This document shows, piece by piece, positions 49,001 to 62,322 of a stretch of DNA of 64,000 nt. The DNA is taken from positions 7,132,063 to 7,196,062 of the forward strand of contig CM082582.2 in NCBI GenBank assembly GCA_040954595.2. Reading direction: 5' to 3'. Each line of letters starts with the position of its first letter. Within the stretch, counting starts at the first letter, position 1. The position numbers and the translations under genes are program-made. Below the pieces are notes generated by a model. The model had not been told where the DNA came from. It did no database searches and worked only from the letters and a program-made list of their open reading frames with translations. Origin of the DNA: Balanoglossus misakiensis. Lineage: Eukaryota; Animalia; Hemichordata.

Positions 49001-52000
49001 CATAACTGCGGGCCCTGGGACTTAGCCCACAACCACCACCACAAGTAAGTAAGTATTCGTTGGACATTGAACGTTTTATAATTATAGATTGACCATCTGA
49101 CGCGACGCTACCATACCTATAAATGCAAGCAGAGGTGTACTGATGTTTGAAACGTTAAAACAGCGTATTGTGATATTGGTATTGGCGGCAGCTTCGATAG
49201 ATTTACCCGAGGGGCCTGGCTGACGCGCCCCGCTCTTTAAATTCGGCCTGCGTCATGTCGGTTCCACGTACTGTTTTGACAGGAAGAATTGCACAAAATG
49301 AAATAAGTTGTACATGTTCACGTTAAGAGGTGAAAATGTCCACTTTTATTGATTTCCAAATGTATACATAGCACTTATTTTACCACCGTCACAACACAAA
49401 TAATCGAGATATGCGAAGCGAAATCCCGTCACACGTATATGTCCAAAAGGGGTGACCTCAATTAATACATACCGAACGGTAGTTTTGAAAGGACCGTAAT
49501 AAAGTGTGAAAATATGTCGATTCTCTCGACCAAACAGCTGAAAATAACAAAAGTGTAGTACTAAACAAGATCGAAGACAACTTCAAATCATTCTAGTTTC
49601 CCCCAAAGTTACCCCGTTACCCGACAAGTCATCGAATATAGGCTACAATACGAGCAAAATTCTCTCAGTGGTTGAGTCGCTGACTTGCTGTAAATTACCC
49701 AGGACTTGTGAAGTAGGGACTCGCTCCAGCGTACGTGACGCTGTTGCCAACAACAAAGCCACTTCCTACGAAAGCATTTCTAATGCTAATCACAAGACGT
49801 CAATGTTTCCTATTCCAGTTTATTATTTATTTTTTGCTTTGTCCGTTGTTCGCCAAACCCGACCTGAGTATGACTCACCATTCCGACAAACACCCCCCCC
49901 CCTCTACCCCACCCCTTTTCAGCACGCATGCCAAAAATGCACCCCAAGCTCTCCCCGTCACTGTAGAAATCAGAGTGCATCATAGCAATTCATATCCCTG
50001 ATCACTTTTGGCCTTGTCCATTATGACCTCACCCAAAATCAAATTTAAGGACCAGTTGTCATTTTTTTTCGTTTCAGAGAAGGGACTTTATTAGTCAAGC
50101 CGGTTTTACGGTCCTTTTTGTCATTCAAGACCTACATAAGTTCAGTATTTGACACAGAACAACTAAAACAAAGAGCGCTTGTTGTCTGGAAATAGTGGTG
50201 TAGAAGAATGGTGGCGACATATATAATAATCTTTCCAAATTCCAAATTTAGCCAAAACAAAGGATAGTGGCTCATTCTGACGACAATTGAAGGGATGGTC
50301 ACTTAAAATGAATAAGCCATTAGTTTGGTTGGTTGGTTGGTTGGTTACAGACGGCGATGATAACCCGATTCTGCGAACCCCGGTTCAAAATGGCCGCCAT
50401 ACCTGTAAGCCAAGATCTGAAAACCACATTTTCCCGGAATTTGGACTCCGAATTTTCTTTCACTTCGAGGAAGATGGCCATTGTTCCCTCTTCGGAGACG
50501 ACATCGAGATTTGTCAAAACATCGAAATCCTGGAAATGTTTTCGGGTAACTCTCTGCTACAGACGTGAACGATATCACGGTGATAACATATTTGATATGA
50601 TCCTGTCATTTTCGCTCCAAGGGTTTCCCTGTATACGTGTATCTCCTCTCAGATTGGCCAACAGTGTTCCTTCAACCGGCGAATAGATGGAAAACTGGCC
50701 ATTTTTTAACAGCATGGGACTATCACTTTTATTTGTTTTGTTTGGGTCGGTAGAAAATAGCTGAGTCTGCCTTCATCGATAGCTGTCCTGAACTTTTGAG
50801 AATGGTTAACGTCAACCATAACGCAAGATCTCATTTAAGACCAACATTGAGAACAGAGTTTGAAATTAAATCCAGATATGTGTTGGGACAGTACGCAGAT
50901 ATTGCTCCAACAAGTACCAATATTTCTGAACTTTCCTTCCGCCGAATATTGCAAAATGCACGTCGTCTCGGTGGGATGGGCTGACGAGGGCGAATCACCT
51001 GGGCGGTGTCGGGGTCATGCAAACAAAATATCTCCACGTTCAGGGCGTGTAAAATGATGAATAGTCGATAAGCTAAATTCAAAGGTATGAAAAAAGCCTG
51101 AGAGATATTTTTATTACTTAACTGGAAATTACGCCGCAATTCTTGTGTGCTTTGACAACTGTATACTTTGGCTTACCGTTGACCGGCACTGCGCTATCGA
51201 CATTTCTGTGCGTATACTGCATCCACAAAGTGCAGCCCACAAAAATGGCTGCCGAATGAAAAAAGCGCAAGCTACATTTTGACAGAAATTTTGTCCTAGG
51301 CTACTTTTATCACACTTCACTCCACCTTTTACATTTTGGTGTTCCTGGTCGTATGGGTTCCACACAACCCGCATGAGTCCAGTAGTGCCTATAGTGTCTC
51401 CCTTCAACAGCTTAGAGTGAAAATATTCTTCAGAAGTTTTCGGAAAACAACAACAACAACGCAACCAATTACATCGACTTCTAGAATTAGTATCGAAGTA
51501 AACCAAGTTTTATTCCGAAAAAAAACGGTTTTTAAAACCTAATTTCACAGTACAGAGAAAAGCTCGGCTTGTATGTTGCTACGGTACCGCATTCTTTGAA
51601 TTCGGATTCTCAGTAAACCGCTTCGTGGAATACCAGGTCTGCTCTCCCGGAGTCCCGGGACAGACAAATACGGGTTTCTAGAAAATTGCCGCCGCAAGTG
51701 CCTGCGCTTTCACTCGGTGATGCTATTAGTGAAACGTTCCTAATGATCAAATGCCGGTTAATTGTTTTAACGGTTTCCTGGTGACATATCGTTACATACA
51801 GGTCATTGCATACAGGTATTAGTATTGTCCTCGCAAAAACCGCCGGATATCGTCAAATTTTAGTATCACTGCTTCCAAATTACACTAACGTTGGACAAAT
51901 TCTAAATTAGACCGTAATTTCCAAAGTGAGTTATCAAAACTACCAGCGATGCTGTTGCAAGCTGCTTCGTCACCGTAGAACTATAAGTAAACTGACGTAA

Positions 52001-55000
52001 TTTTTGACGTTATGTTTTGCGTTGCTATTTCTTTTACTGAGAATGCGCACAACGAACGTCTAGATTTCTACGAAGCCGTACATTGGTACGGGGTGTACAT
52101 ATCTTTGTACTCTCAACTTTTACCCATAGTTATCAAAATCACTCGTGGGTTATTTTGCTTTAATTGCTGCACAAACTAACGAGATTTCAGAGAAAGATCA
52201 TGGCCGTTTCGCATCTGGTTCGACGTACACATCAAAGGCACCATGAAAATTAAACTTGCGTATTGAAACACCTGGATTTGTGAGGATTAATTTTGCAAGA
52301 CAACCGCCCCAACCATCATGCATAGAGCAAGCGCGCACAAATGTGAACACCTCCGTATAATACATGTACACGAAACAAAATACCAGAAGGTGCGCGAAGA
52401 TATCATCAAATTGTCCGCATTATAATTTATGACGATGAAATCCAAGCATTATTCCGTGAAAGTCGTCTGGGCACCAAGTCACCAGGTATACAGACAATGG
52501 ATCGGTGATATCATCGTGTTATTTTACTCTGAATTCGACTCCGCGATTTACCTCTTCGTGGAAACGTGATGTGCGGCCGGCCATTGTTTGGAGGAGCAAA
52601 GGAGATCTTTCGGGGAAACGTTTCTCGCGTTGTTCATATTCTCGAGTTTCAAGAATAAGAAGAATATGTTTAAAATTATTCTGTTCCACCGAAATCTTTA
52701 ACAATTTATGTCGTCTGCTAAAAACAATGGAGCGTTGATTTATAATGTATTATGTTTTTGGGTACTTAATGAGATGTTTTGATTTTGCCATTTTTTGCCT
52801 CAGTTACAGCCTGTGTTATTTTACCTGTAATGTAACAATCCACCCAACAACATAAAATCCTTTTATTGATCAATATGGAAAGGAATATAATTGGCCAATT
52901 GACTTCGTTCCTGCCGCGGACTATACTTGTTGAGTCGTACGTTCAAGATTTAGTTTGCAAGTCGATTTTGAATCGATTGGCGGTTAAGTATAGAGAGAGA
53001 ACTGAACAACGTTTTGATCAAATGCTTGAAAACCGGAACAAATCTTTGACAAGTGATCAAGGGATAATCCATGCTGACATTTCACAGACAGGTATCAGAT
53101 AAGAAAAAGAGCAGCGGGGGATCCAAAGCGCGTCGGTTTTGTTTCACTTCCCCAATTTGGATCATGGCTTTATATAGCCCTGACGTCAGGGTCACTTTCT
53201 TTTTGCGAGATCGGTCACCTTTGTCTGGCACCGGTGTGTACACGCAACGGTTAAAGCGGAGCCTATAAAATTTCGGGTTGACAGACTCCTGTTCAAGGCC
53301 TGCCATGAATCCAAGCTCAGAACGAAACAATCTCGAGGACTTACAAATTATACACGCCAACGTTAAATAATCTTGTATAAAGAGTAGGGGCGTTGCCGGT
53401 ACTACACCGCCCTGTACGGACTGATACACAAACCAGTGGTACAGGTCTGCGTCAGCAAAGACACCACATTGCTTTAACATGGGCTGCTGTACATGACTTT
53501 ATAATTCACCATTACATGTATTCTGAGCATTTAACGTTCACATACTATGCCAAGTAAACAACAAAGTTATAGGTCTCGTTGTGTTACATGTTGTTAGGGG
53601 TCAAATTACATTATAATTATTGCACTATTGGTATAAAAAAACACTGTAGTACTGAAGAGTTTGAAAATAAGTAGTTTTACGTGTGTTACATAATTTCTTT
53701 GTAGTAAGCATATAAAACCCGTTCGGCTTCTACGCATATTTTGTGCTATGCAATTTCAGTGTGGTCAAGCATCAATTTTAATTAGGGGGCTACCTATGAA
53801 CTTCAATTTGTTAAACATGGCTGAAATCCGCCATCTTGAAATTCTGATTTTTATCACTCACCTAGGTAGCAAAAACCTATTTAGTGCGCATACTAGTATA
53901 TCGAAACGTAGTAAACGCGAAACAACATCCCATTGGACTATTTCTATCATTCGAGATTCTCGTGACTTCCCAATGGGGTTGGATTACAGTATTGTGTTTT
54001 ATACACCTAGTCGGTAATGTTTTGTTGAGGATGAACCCGTGTCCTTGAAAAAAAATTCACTACCAATATACATGTAGTTACCCAATGTAAACAAGATCAT
54101 TCGTCAGCAACGTGTGACGTTCGTCTTGTGAACTTTGCCCCGAATAATCGGGCGATTTAACTTCAGTGAGCTTTCATGAGATCTTATACAAACTGGTGTG
54201 AACTGACTATCACCGGTTTCTGCTATAAAGGGGTTCGAAATAGTTATACATGTGTATCGTACAGATTTGAACTTTTAAGCGTTTTTTTCAGTTACTTGCA
54301 TGCGATCAGACTTTAATCGTCTTCTTGTCGTGTCTTCGGCTGGCTGTGCTTGGAGCAGCGAATGCGCAGAGAACTCGCCATGTTATTAAAACATAACCAC
54401 ACCACGATATGGTCAACTGAGTTGGATATCACGAATTAGAATATTTTGGCTCTAGGAACCACAACAATCGCACAATCGAAAACAGCTATGGCCATATTGG
54501 AGCTGAATGTACTCAAGCTTGATAGTGACTTCGATACCACTTCAGTTTTCTATTAATATTTTACTATAACTCGAGGAAAAATTTGTATTAGCATGATATT
54601 GTATCTCTGGCGATGAGTCAAAGTCAACACTCGTTTAAGCAAATTTATTTTCTACCGGTATCAGGCGCACATCATCGGCTTGACCTCTACGCACACTGCT
54701 GGACCAAAAATATCAATGAGGACATGCATTGACTAATTTCAAACTTTTGATTACACTCGCTTAAGCCGTATGCCTTTGAGATTGTTGTTTTACATTTGTG
54801 GTAAAATCGACGGAATTATTACTTTCGTTTTAGATTCGATGACGTGGAAAGTATTGTAGCGTGAATGGATACCACTGACGTGAATTGGGGCCACACCCAT
54901 CGCGGGTTCGCCGAAACGCTACAGGAGGGCGCTCGCTGTTACCAGGAATCCATTTTGTCTTTCCGATGAACGACACTCTTCTGATAAATCTTACGTCTCG

Positions 55001-55659
55001 TTCTTTTTCTGTCACATTCTCGCTTCACAATGCTCCTAAAAACAGTGTGCTTAAAATGAACTCTACCCATAGTGTGATTGATATCGCTCGATGAAAGACT
55101 GTCGGATCTGATTAAATTGATTAGAAGTATCCATAAACTTCTATTTCAACACATACATGCAAGATTAAAACTACATTTCGAAAGGTCGGTCTGGTAAATT
55201 TGTTCTTCAAGAGAATCAAGTTGTGTCTCTTGACAAGTGTGGCGTGGGGTGACCTAGGAATGCACACTTGTATGCGAATTATTGGCTTGGCTTTAGTATT
55301 CGACTTGATGGGCAAACATTTTCCCGTTAATATCAATCACCTTGAATGATGCAATCTGTAGGCGGCAAATATTGACAAATAGACCGCTATTAATTTGAAC
55401 AAACCACTACCGGTATCTGCAAATCAGTGACTTATTAATAGCATCCAACTTCCACGATTTAAAGCGTCTCGTTTTTTTATCGTTGCGCACTTCAGGTTTT
55501 AAAAACTGCATTTGGTTTCTGTTTCGGTTCCGCCATGTTGGTCGTTTCTTGTGCCCCTTTTTAATATAATGTCGGATTGCATAAGATTTCAATCAAATAC
55601 AATCTAAATTTAAATAAATTGGGATTAAACCAGCGAAATGGTCAAAAACCTATTTAAAG

Positions 55660-55695
55660 CATAGACAGCAGAGGCTTCCCCTTCTACTGTCTATG
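55660..55695. mobile_element. 36-bp hairpin MITE with 7-bp TSD, P-element-like CATAG termini
   Basis: tttaaag|CATAGACAGCAGAGG...CTTCTACTGTCTATG|tttaaag. Confidence 0.7.
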
Positions 55696-56484
55696 TTTAA
55701 AGTAGTGAGCCTGAACTTCAAAGTGCACTCCCTCGCTGTCTCTGTGTCTCATTGTGCAAATGATATGAAACTGTTCAGGAAATGAACGAAGTCCCCCCCC
55801 CCCAAAAAAAAAAAGAAAGACAGAAAGAATTGTTTGAAATTCTTGTTACACAAGCTTTGTTATCAATGGTTGACACAAATGACACACGATGGCTTTCAAA
55901 ATTCAACCTGGTGACAACCCCTCGTATCAAACAGTTTATTGGATTATTAAATGCCTTGGTGTGATATCATGAAATATTTTGACAGACACACAACGATAAC
56001 TTTTATATTGCATCATCGAGAAAACGAAAACTTAACGCGTAACCAAATTCCTTCTAACACTTCAATACAAAGGTTGTATCCAGGTGTGTCGATGACGTAC
56101 GCGATAAGAGAACGCGCCCTCTGTATTTGCATTTCAATGCTGTTATTAAGAATAATCCCGCAGACGCTGTACAAATACTTCATCAAAACTCACCGTCATA
56201 CTCAATAATTTCTTCCTCAAAGTTGGCATATTTATCTCCATTTTGTCTACAATAGTTATATATGTCAATCATCAATCCACGAGTGTAGGTAACTCCCTTG
56301 TGCAAATAGATTATTTATCAGTTGACCAAAAAAAAACTGCCTCGTTTTACCGGCGAGCAGCTGTTGAAATGGCGACTATTCTTTTTTCTGTGTTAAGACG
56401 AAACAAATGATAGGTACAGACGGGGAAATGGTTTGTCTTGAATAAAACAGGTTGACGAGGAGCGCGATGTTTAGCTGTCTGCCC

Positions 56485-56574
56485 AGTCTCGGTTACCCAG
56501 ACTCCTCTGCTTCTTCCGCTGCGCTCTTTCTGTAGCGCAGCGGAAGAAGCAGGGGAGTTTGGGTAACCGAGACT
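56485..56574. mobile_element. 90-bp fold-back MITE with 12-bp TSD
   Basis: agctgtctgccc|AGTCTCGGTTACCCAGACTCCTCTGCTTCTTCCGCTGCGCT...AGCGCAGCGGAAGAAGCAGGGGAGTTTGGGTAACCGAGACT|agctgtctgccc. Confidence 0.85.
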
Positions 56575-56815
56575 AGCTGTCTGCCCACCATTTCATCTGA
56601 CCACCTGTGTCATACAGGGGAAAATCCTGTGTAGACCGACTGCAGAGGGCGCCCATAACCGTGACGACATCAGAGAAATTCAGACTACAAAACACATGGA
56701 CACAGCAAAAGGTTGTAGTACACTATAAATCGAAGAATACAAGGGGACTTCACAGTTCATTGAACCCTTGTCGCAATCCGTCGGAGCATAACAAGGTAAA
56801 AACAAATACATGCTA

Positions 56816-57200
56816 TCATGAGTCGTCGGCTGGGTTGCTTAGTGGAGTGATTTTCCTAGCAAGACACGGACATTTGGTTTTCCCTTCGAGTTTATTTTCC
56901 GCTAGCCTCTGCGCGGTGGCGTTCAGCTGTTCTTGGAAGTTTAGTGATGGACATCACCACGAGGCCTAATTAGCGCGTACGCCGCCAGAAATGCCTGTCG
57001 CGTCACCAGCTGGTCCGGAGGCACCACGGTGGGGTCGTGGATGACCAAGTCGCCGACACCGATGGTTGTGAATATGATTATGGTGAAGTAGAAAGCGTCG
57101 AGGTAGCTCCATTCCGGTTGGACGACGGTGGCGACGACGGCCGACCCGGCGATTATCCAAGCGACGCAAATCACCAAAAATAACGTAACTGGTGCATCGT
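56816..57200 (-). pseudogene. Partial frameshifted paralogue of the K2P channel (M3-P2-M4 and C-terminus)
   Basis: DAPVTLFLVICVAWIIAGSAVVATVVQPEWSYLDAFYFTIIIFTTIGVGDLVIHDPTVVPPDQLV..., indels near 56970 and 56940, then QEQLNATAQRLAENKLEGKTKCPC...DDS*; no N-terminal half and no acceptor found. Confidence 0.85.
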
Positions 57201-57647
57201 AAGAACCACGATTTTTCGGTAAGAACCACGGCAGCTTTGCATGAAACTGCTTATCTAAGAACTTTGATGATATGAGAGCGCTATAGAGCGGTAATTGTTA
57301 ATTTTTAATGAGAAGTTATCATTGCATAGACTAAAATTAAGACTTTGTAAGCTAGAAGCTTGAAAGATTTTGACTTGTACGTACAGGTGGCTGGCTGGAA
57401 CTATTAATTTACATTTGACTACCGGCGTTCGCCGTCAGCTCGGGAGAAGAACAATACCTGGTCTTTCTGAATAAAGTCATCAAATCTACACTCTACACGA
57501 GTTCCCGTCCCATCTTCACCCATCACACGCGACCAGACCCAGACGGACGAGATCAACCCTCCAAGGGAGACATGACAACAGTATCTGGGGCTTGTATTTT
57601 GTGGCCAGGGAACACACCAAATACTAAAGTGACCAAAAGAGACACTT

Positions 57648-57653
57648 TTTATT
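57648..57653 (-). terminator. Candidate polyadenylation signal of the K2P gene
   Basis: TTTATT on + (AATAAA on -) about 330 nt after the stop codon. Confidence 0.45.
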
Positions 57654-57983
57654 GAGAAAAAAAATTAAAAGACATGAAAATATAGCATACAAGGTTGGTA
57701 CAATCATGGGAAAGAATTAAACTAAAATATGATTACCGTAACCACAATGCAAAAGTATAACCCATGTTTCAGAACTCTGTGGCACCATCTGTTCAGATCT
57801 CTAAGAACGTACTCACTCAACTTGTCAAATCATTAATTTTGTGAAACCCGAGGATTAAACATCGATCTATCAGCAAACGTTGCAATCATATATTGGAGGA
57901 TATAGCCAATGTCGAATTGCATGTAAATGTTTCTGGTGTTTTCACGTACTTAATAACCCCATCCCTAAACTACTGTAAAACAA

Positions 57984-58780
57984 TTATATCTGCTCTTCGA
58001 TTGGGTCGTTTTGGCGATCCCTTTTCCGAGCAGGCGAACGACACGAACATTTTATAGTTTCCCCCTGGAGCTTTTGTTCAGCTATTCTCTGCGCGGTGGC
58101 GTTGAGCTGTTCTTGGGCCAGATTCAAGGTGATGGACATTACCACCAGACCGATAACTATGTAGACTGAGAGAAACGTCTGCCGCGACACCAGCTGGTCC
58201 GGAGGCACCACGGTGGGGTCGTGGATGACCAGGTCGCCGAAACCGACGGTTGTGAACGTGATTATGGTGAAGTAGAACGCGTCGAGGTAGCTCCACTCGG
58301 GTTGGAAGACGGTGGCGACGATGGCCGACCCGGCGATTATCCAAGCGACGCAGATCACCACGAAGAGGGTGACCGGCGCGTCGTTATACTGCTCGGGTTC
58401 CTCTCCCCCTTCCTCCTCCGGAGTGACCTCCTCCACGGCCGGCTCCGGCATCATCACGGGCAAATGTCTGTCGCCGTCGTTGTACTGCGTTCCCGCGTCC
58501 CTCTTCACCGCCGCGGGGGATTCCTCGCGGAGTTGCGAGTCGCACTGCACGCCGCGCGTCTCCGCGTCGAAAGATCCCTCCTCCCGGCGCTTCTCCTGCC
58601 TCACTATCTCCCTGTAGTGTTTCCTGGCATCGGTGTATTTGCGGTACACGTACTGCAAGGCGGTCGAAATCAGTTTGCCAACTTTAGCCAAAAGTATGAC
58701 GAAGAGTGGAATTCCTATCATGGCGTAGAATATACAGGCCAGGCGCCCCCCTGGTGTACTGGGAGTCACGATCCCGTATC
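57984..58780 (-). CDS. Two-pore-domain K+ channel (KCNK/TWK family; long M2-M3 loop as in TRESK/TWK-type), exon 2
   Basis: tgcag acceptor; (G)YGIVTPSTPGGRLACIFYAMIGIPL...WSYLDAFYFTIITFTTVGFGDL...IGLVVMSITLNL; second pore loop TVGFG. Confidence 0.95.
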
Positions 58781-59806
58781 CTGCATTTTAAGATATTAAA
58801 ACAAAAATGTCAGAAAAAAATACTAAACTGAAACACACAGAAACAAACATATTTTCGTTTCTGTGTTATTAGACTACCGTGTTACGCGTGTACTGACTTG
58901 CCGGTGATTACATAACTCTTTGACAAAGTGTAGTGTTGTGACACGGCCTATTGTTATTTTTCTGTTGCCAAATATGCATTGTTCAGGGTACTCATATTGC
59001 AGGTGGCATAACGATTTTTTTTAACATCCTCTGTCGGGCAAAACGCGCGCTGGACGCAAAGGTTGGCGGAACTTGTCATCTCTAACTAGCGCAAAGCACG
59101 GTGGTTGAGGGACGGTGCGCGTGCGCAAAGGAATACTTTCCTGGGGATAAGAGCCAGCAGACGGCAATAAGTTCTGGTCACTTCGTTTTTCTCTCTTCTA
59201 CACTTCTTCAAGAACGAACACTCCCTCGCAACCCGACAATCTCCACTTACTTCCATAAATACCTATTTTCGATGTAAGGTGTCTGCTTTTTGGCTTAGGC
59301 CCTGAGTATAGCATGCATTATGTATTGAGAATAGACTTGGGGGCTTTATCATGTTCGTATATTATGCCGATGTACGTGCAATACATTTCATTACTGTCAA
59401 AATTGTACAGTGTGTGTTATGCAAGAGGACTCCTGAAATTATATAAGCCGGCCATACAAAAGGCATGTGTCAGCATCACAAAGTTACTAAATGTTATTGT
59501 CTTGCTGGCCTGGCCTGCAATGTACAGACGACTATACACCACCACATCAAAATCTACTAGGAAAATGTGTTTTAATGACCCCAAACTTCCTTTTAATGTC
59601 ACGGCAAAGATGTGAGCTGCAAAAAACTGACCAGGCCAGCACACTATTTGTAACGCGTGCGTGTGAAATGCATTCTTTGCTGTCAGATATATTTCAAAAG
59701 CGTCATAGGGGCGTGACAGTTACCCATTGTTGCAGTTATTATCTGATGATCGTGTTGTTATGCATACAATTTTTGGAGTTACAAATACCGCACGTTGGTA
59801 ACCTAC

Positions 59807-60194
59807 CTATGGTACTGATTACAGTTATGCAGAAGAAGCAAGCCGAAAAGAAGCTCCATCGTTGGTGTCTCGTGGCGGCCTCCTCTCTTGCATAAGCCGC
59901 GTTCACCTCGACCCTGTACTGTTGAATACCCTCAAGCACCAGGGGAATCCACTCGCTCTCTTCCAGCTCCCGCGATTTCAGCCAAAGGTGCTTGGCGTAT
60001 TCGTACTGCAGGGCGGTTTCATTGACACTCGTGTAGTTGGCAACTTCGTTCGGCGTCCCCTCGAGCGAGTAGAACATCAGACCGCCTCCGAAGACGTAGG
60101 CTAAGAAGCCAGCGAACAGGAGCGTGGTGTACCTAATATTCTTCCAGTCCAGACTCCTGAACTTCTTCAAAGTGCTATTCTTTGTCGCAGCCAT
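59807..60194 (-). CDS. Two-pore-domain K+ channel, exon 1 (M1, cap, P1)
   Basis: MAATKNSTLKK...YVFGGGLMFYSLEG...RWSFFSACFFCITVISTIG|gtaggt; phase-1 intron within TIGYG; joined CDS 1185 nt, 394 aa. Start codon inferred. Confidence 0.9.
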
Positions 60195-61377
60195 TTCGAC
60201 CGGTTTGGACAAACAGCCAAAGTGTGATCTCACCTGTACCCGTCCAAAATACCGACAAAAATGTTTTACGTATGCTTTGACAGAAATTGAAAGGCAACGT
60301 GTTACAACTTGTGAAACCATGACGTTAGAATAGCCAGGTTCAACAGACTCATTTCTGGTTCTTATTATTCTTTTCAATAACGAATTGTTTATATTGTTCT
60401 CAAAATGTGGTGTCATAACTATATGTATGCAACACTACTAGTGTACAAATGTATGACTGAATCGACAGTTTTTTGAGCGCTGAAGTTGGTGGCGCACTGT
60501 ACAATACCATGGAATGGAAGTTATGGAATGGTACGCTGTATTTGCATTTGAGCTCCGCCCACTGATTGACGTCTCATATCACAAGCTTCCATATGCTAAT
60601 ACCTACGGCTGCTCGATGGGAAATTCACAGAATCGGGAATTTGTCATTTTTTAACGATTTTCATGGGTTTTTACTTCTTCGAATTCTGGTGAAATTTCAT
60701 ATTTTTATTTTTCGGGCATTAAACATAAATCGAACCTCAACTGGGATGTTATTTATTAGATAACACCGTGGGACCCAACGTGGATCCTTTCACACCCTTG
60801 AGCAACATAAAAGCATCGGAGAGGCAGGTCCCCCCGAGGGTTGCGAAGAAATCGATAAACGTTCACCCTGAGTGACCTCAAATGCGAGAAAACAGAAGCG
60901 GGATGAATCGGAGGTATTCTCTCGATCGATCCACTCGATTTGGCAATTCTCCTCCGGGCTTCTGACGAAGAGCCGGGTGCTCAACACAAGGGTCCCATGA
61001 CCTCCATGAGACCAATTACCGATTCGAGTCAGTACGGCTATTGGTGGAATTAGTCCACTTAATCAAACTGCAAACAAAGAACCTTCAGTCGGACATGTCC
61101 TCCCTGGTCGTGGATGATGATTTTTGTTTGCTGTGGACGCGTACAAGGTTCTCTTGTTTGTGCGCCGATCTCTCTGAGAGAGAGAGCTCAGAGAAAGATC
61201 ATAGACGCGCCGTCACGTCCCGAGACAAGTAGGCGACGCCTGGTTGGGTTTCTCCAATACCACACGGGTTGCATTCGAGAGAGAGAGAGGCAGTTGACAA
61301 TGAGTGTCTCAGTGGACGTTGGTTGGTGTGAATTTGTCAGATTTTGTGTCTAAAATTGACTACAGCATCTGCAGTAC

Positions 61378-61462
61378 ACAGAGAGAGAAAGAAACGACAG
61401 AGATGAGAGAGAAAGAAAGAGAGAGGGGGAGAGAGAAGGAGACAGAGAAGGAGACAGAGAGA
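61378..61462. repeat. GA-rich low-complexity tract
   Basis: Visible (GA)n/GAGAAG runs. Confidence 0.8.
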
Positions 61463-62322
61463 ACTCCCCCTTATTACATTTGTAATATTGAAAATAAACT
61501 GAAAGCTCCCACAGTGATCTTCGCCTTAACAAATAAGTCGGCACGTATACGCCTAAAGTTAACGGCGTGTCTCTGAAACTGGAGCATAGATGGTTCGAGA
61601 TGTTGTGACACCGCAAATATGATGTATGTGCGACAACTGTGATGTTCACGGTAAAAATTGATGACACGGCGGGGTTTCTCTGATCGGCGACGCGAACGGA
61701 TGCTGTGGGTTTATGTCGGTGTTTGTTGATGGAAAATCAGGTATATAAAGGCACAAACAATGATTGTTTACTTTAACGGGACACCGATCTTTCTCAAAAA
61801 GGGGTCTTGAATTCGGAAAATTACTACTTTTACAACCTTTCATCTTCTTACACTGTAATAAAAACCGCTGAGACTGAAACGTCCTTACCCCCGTCGATAG
61901 CATAGTTTTATAGCCTATTAAGAATATTAAGAACGGGTATGATTGTTCGATGAAAGTCGACAAAAAGTCCCTCGCGCCGTGTGAGGTTCTTAATAACACC
62001 ATTCCCAAGATTTAAATCAACTTTATGGCGATTTATAAGGTTTTGAAAACCGAAAAGAAAATTTGAAATAAAACACGGAAAGAGATAAATAAAAAGCCCG
62101 TGAGGATGATAAATTCCACCTGTGGGGTTTAATCGTCGACGTGTTCGCGCACGTTAAACGGGCTTAATTATTTCCAAAATTGCTGGTTCGGGGGAGTGGA
62201 GGTGCAATTTTAAGAGTCGCCGCCGCTCCGTTAGGCCGACCGTTAACTTCAAAGAACGTTGTAAAATTCCCGAAGCAGAACAGAATGCGATGCTTCTAAA
62301 AATCGTCGGTGTTTACGTCGCC

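Noticed and set aside
53082-53480. 132-aa minus-strand ORF
   Set aside because: No recognisable family, splice context or codon bias.
58221-58799. 192-aa plus-strand ORF
   Set aside because: Antisense shadow of K2P exon 2.
59739-60416. Full 225-aa ORF as the K2P N-terminus
   Set aside because: The first ~74 codons are AT-rich and non-channel-like, and the end runs into the intron; trimmed to 59807-60194.
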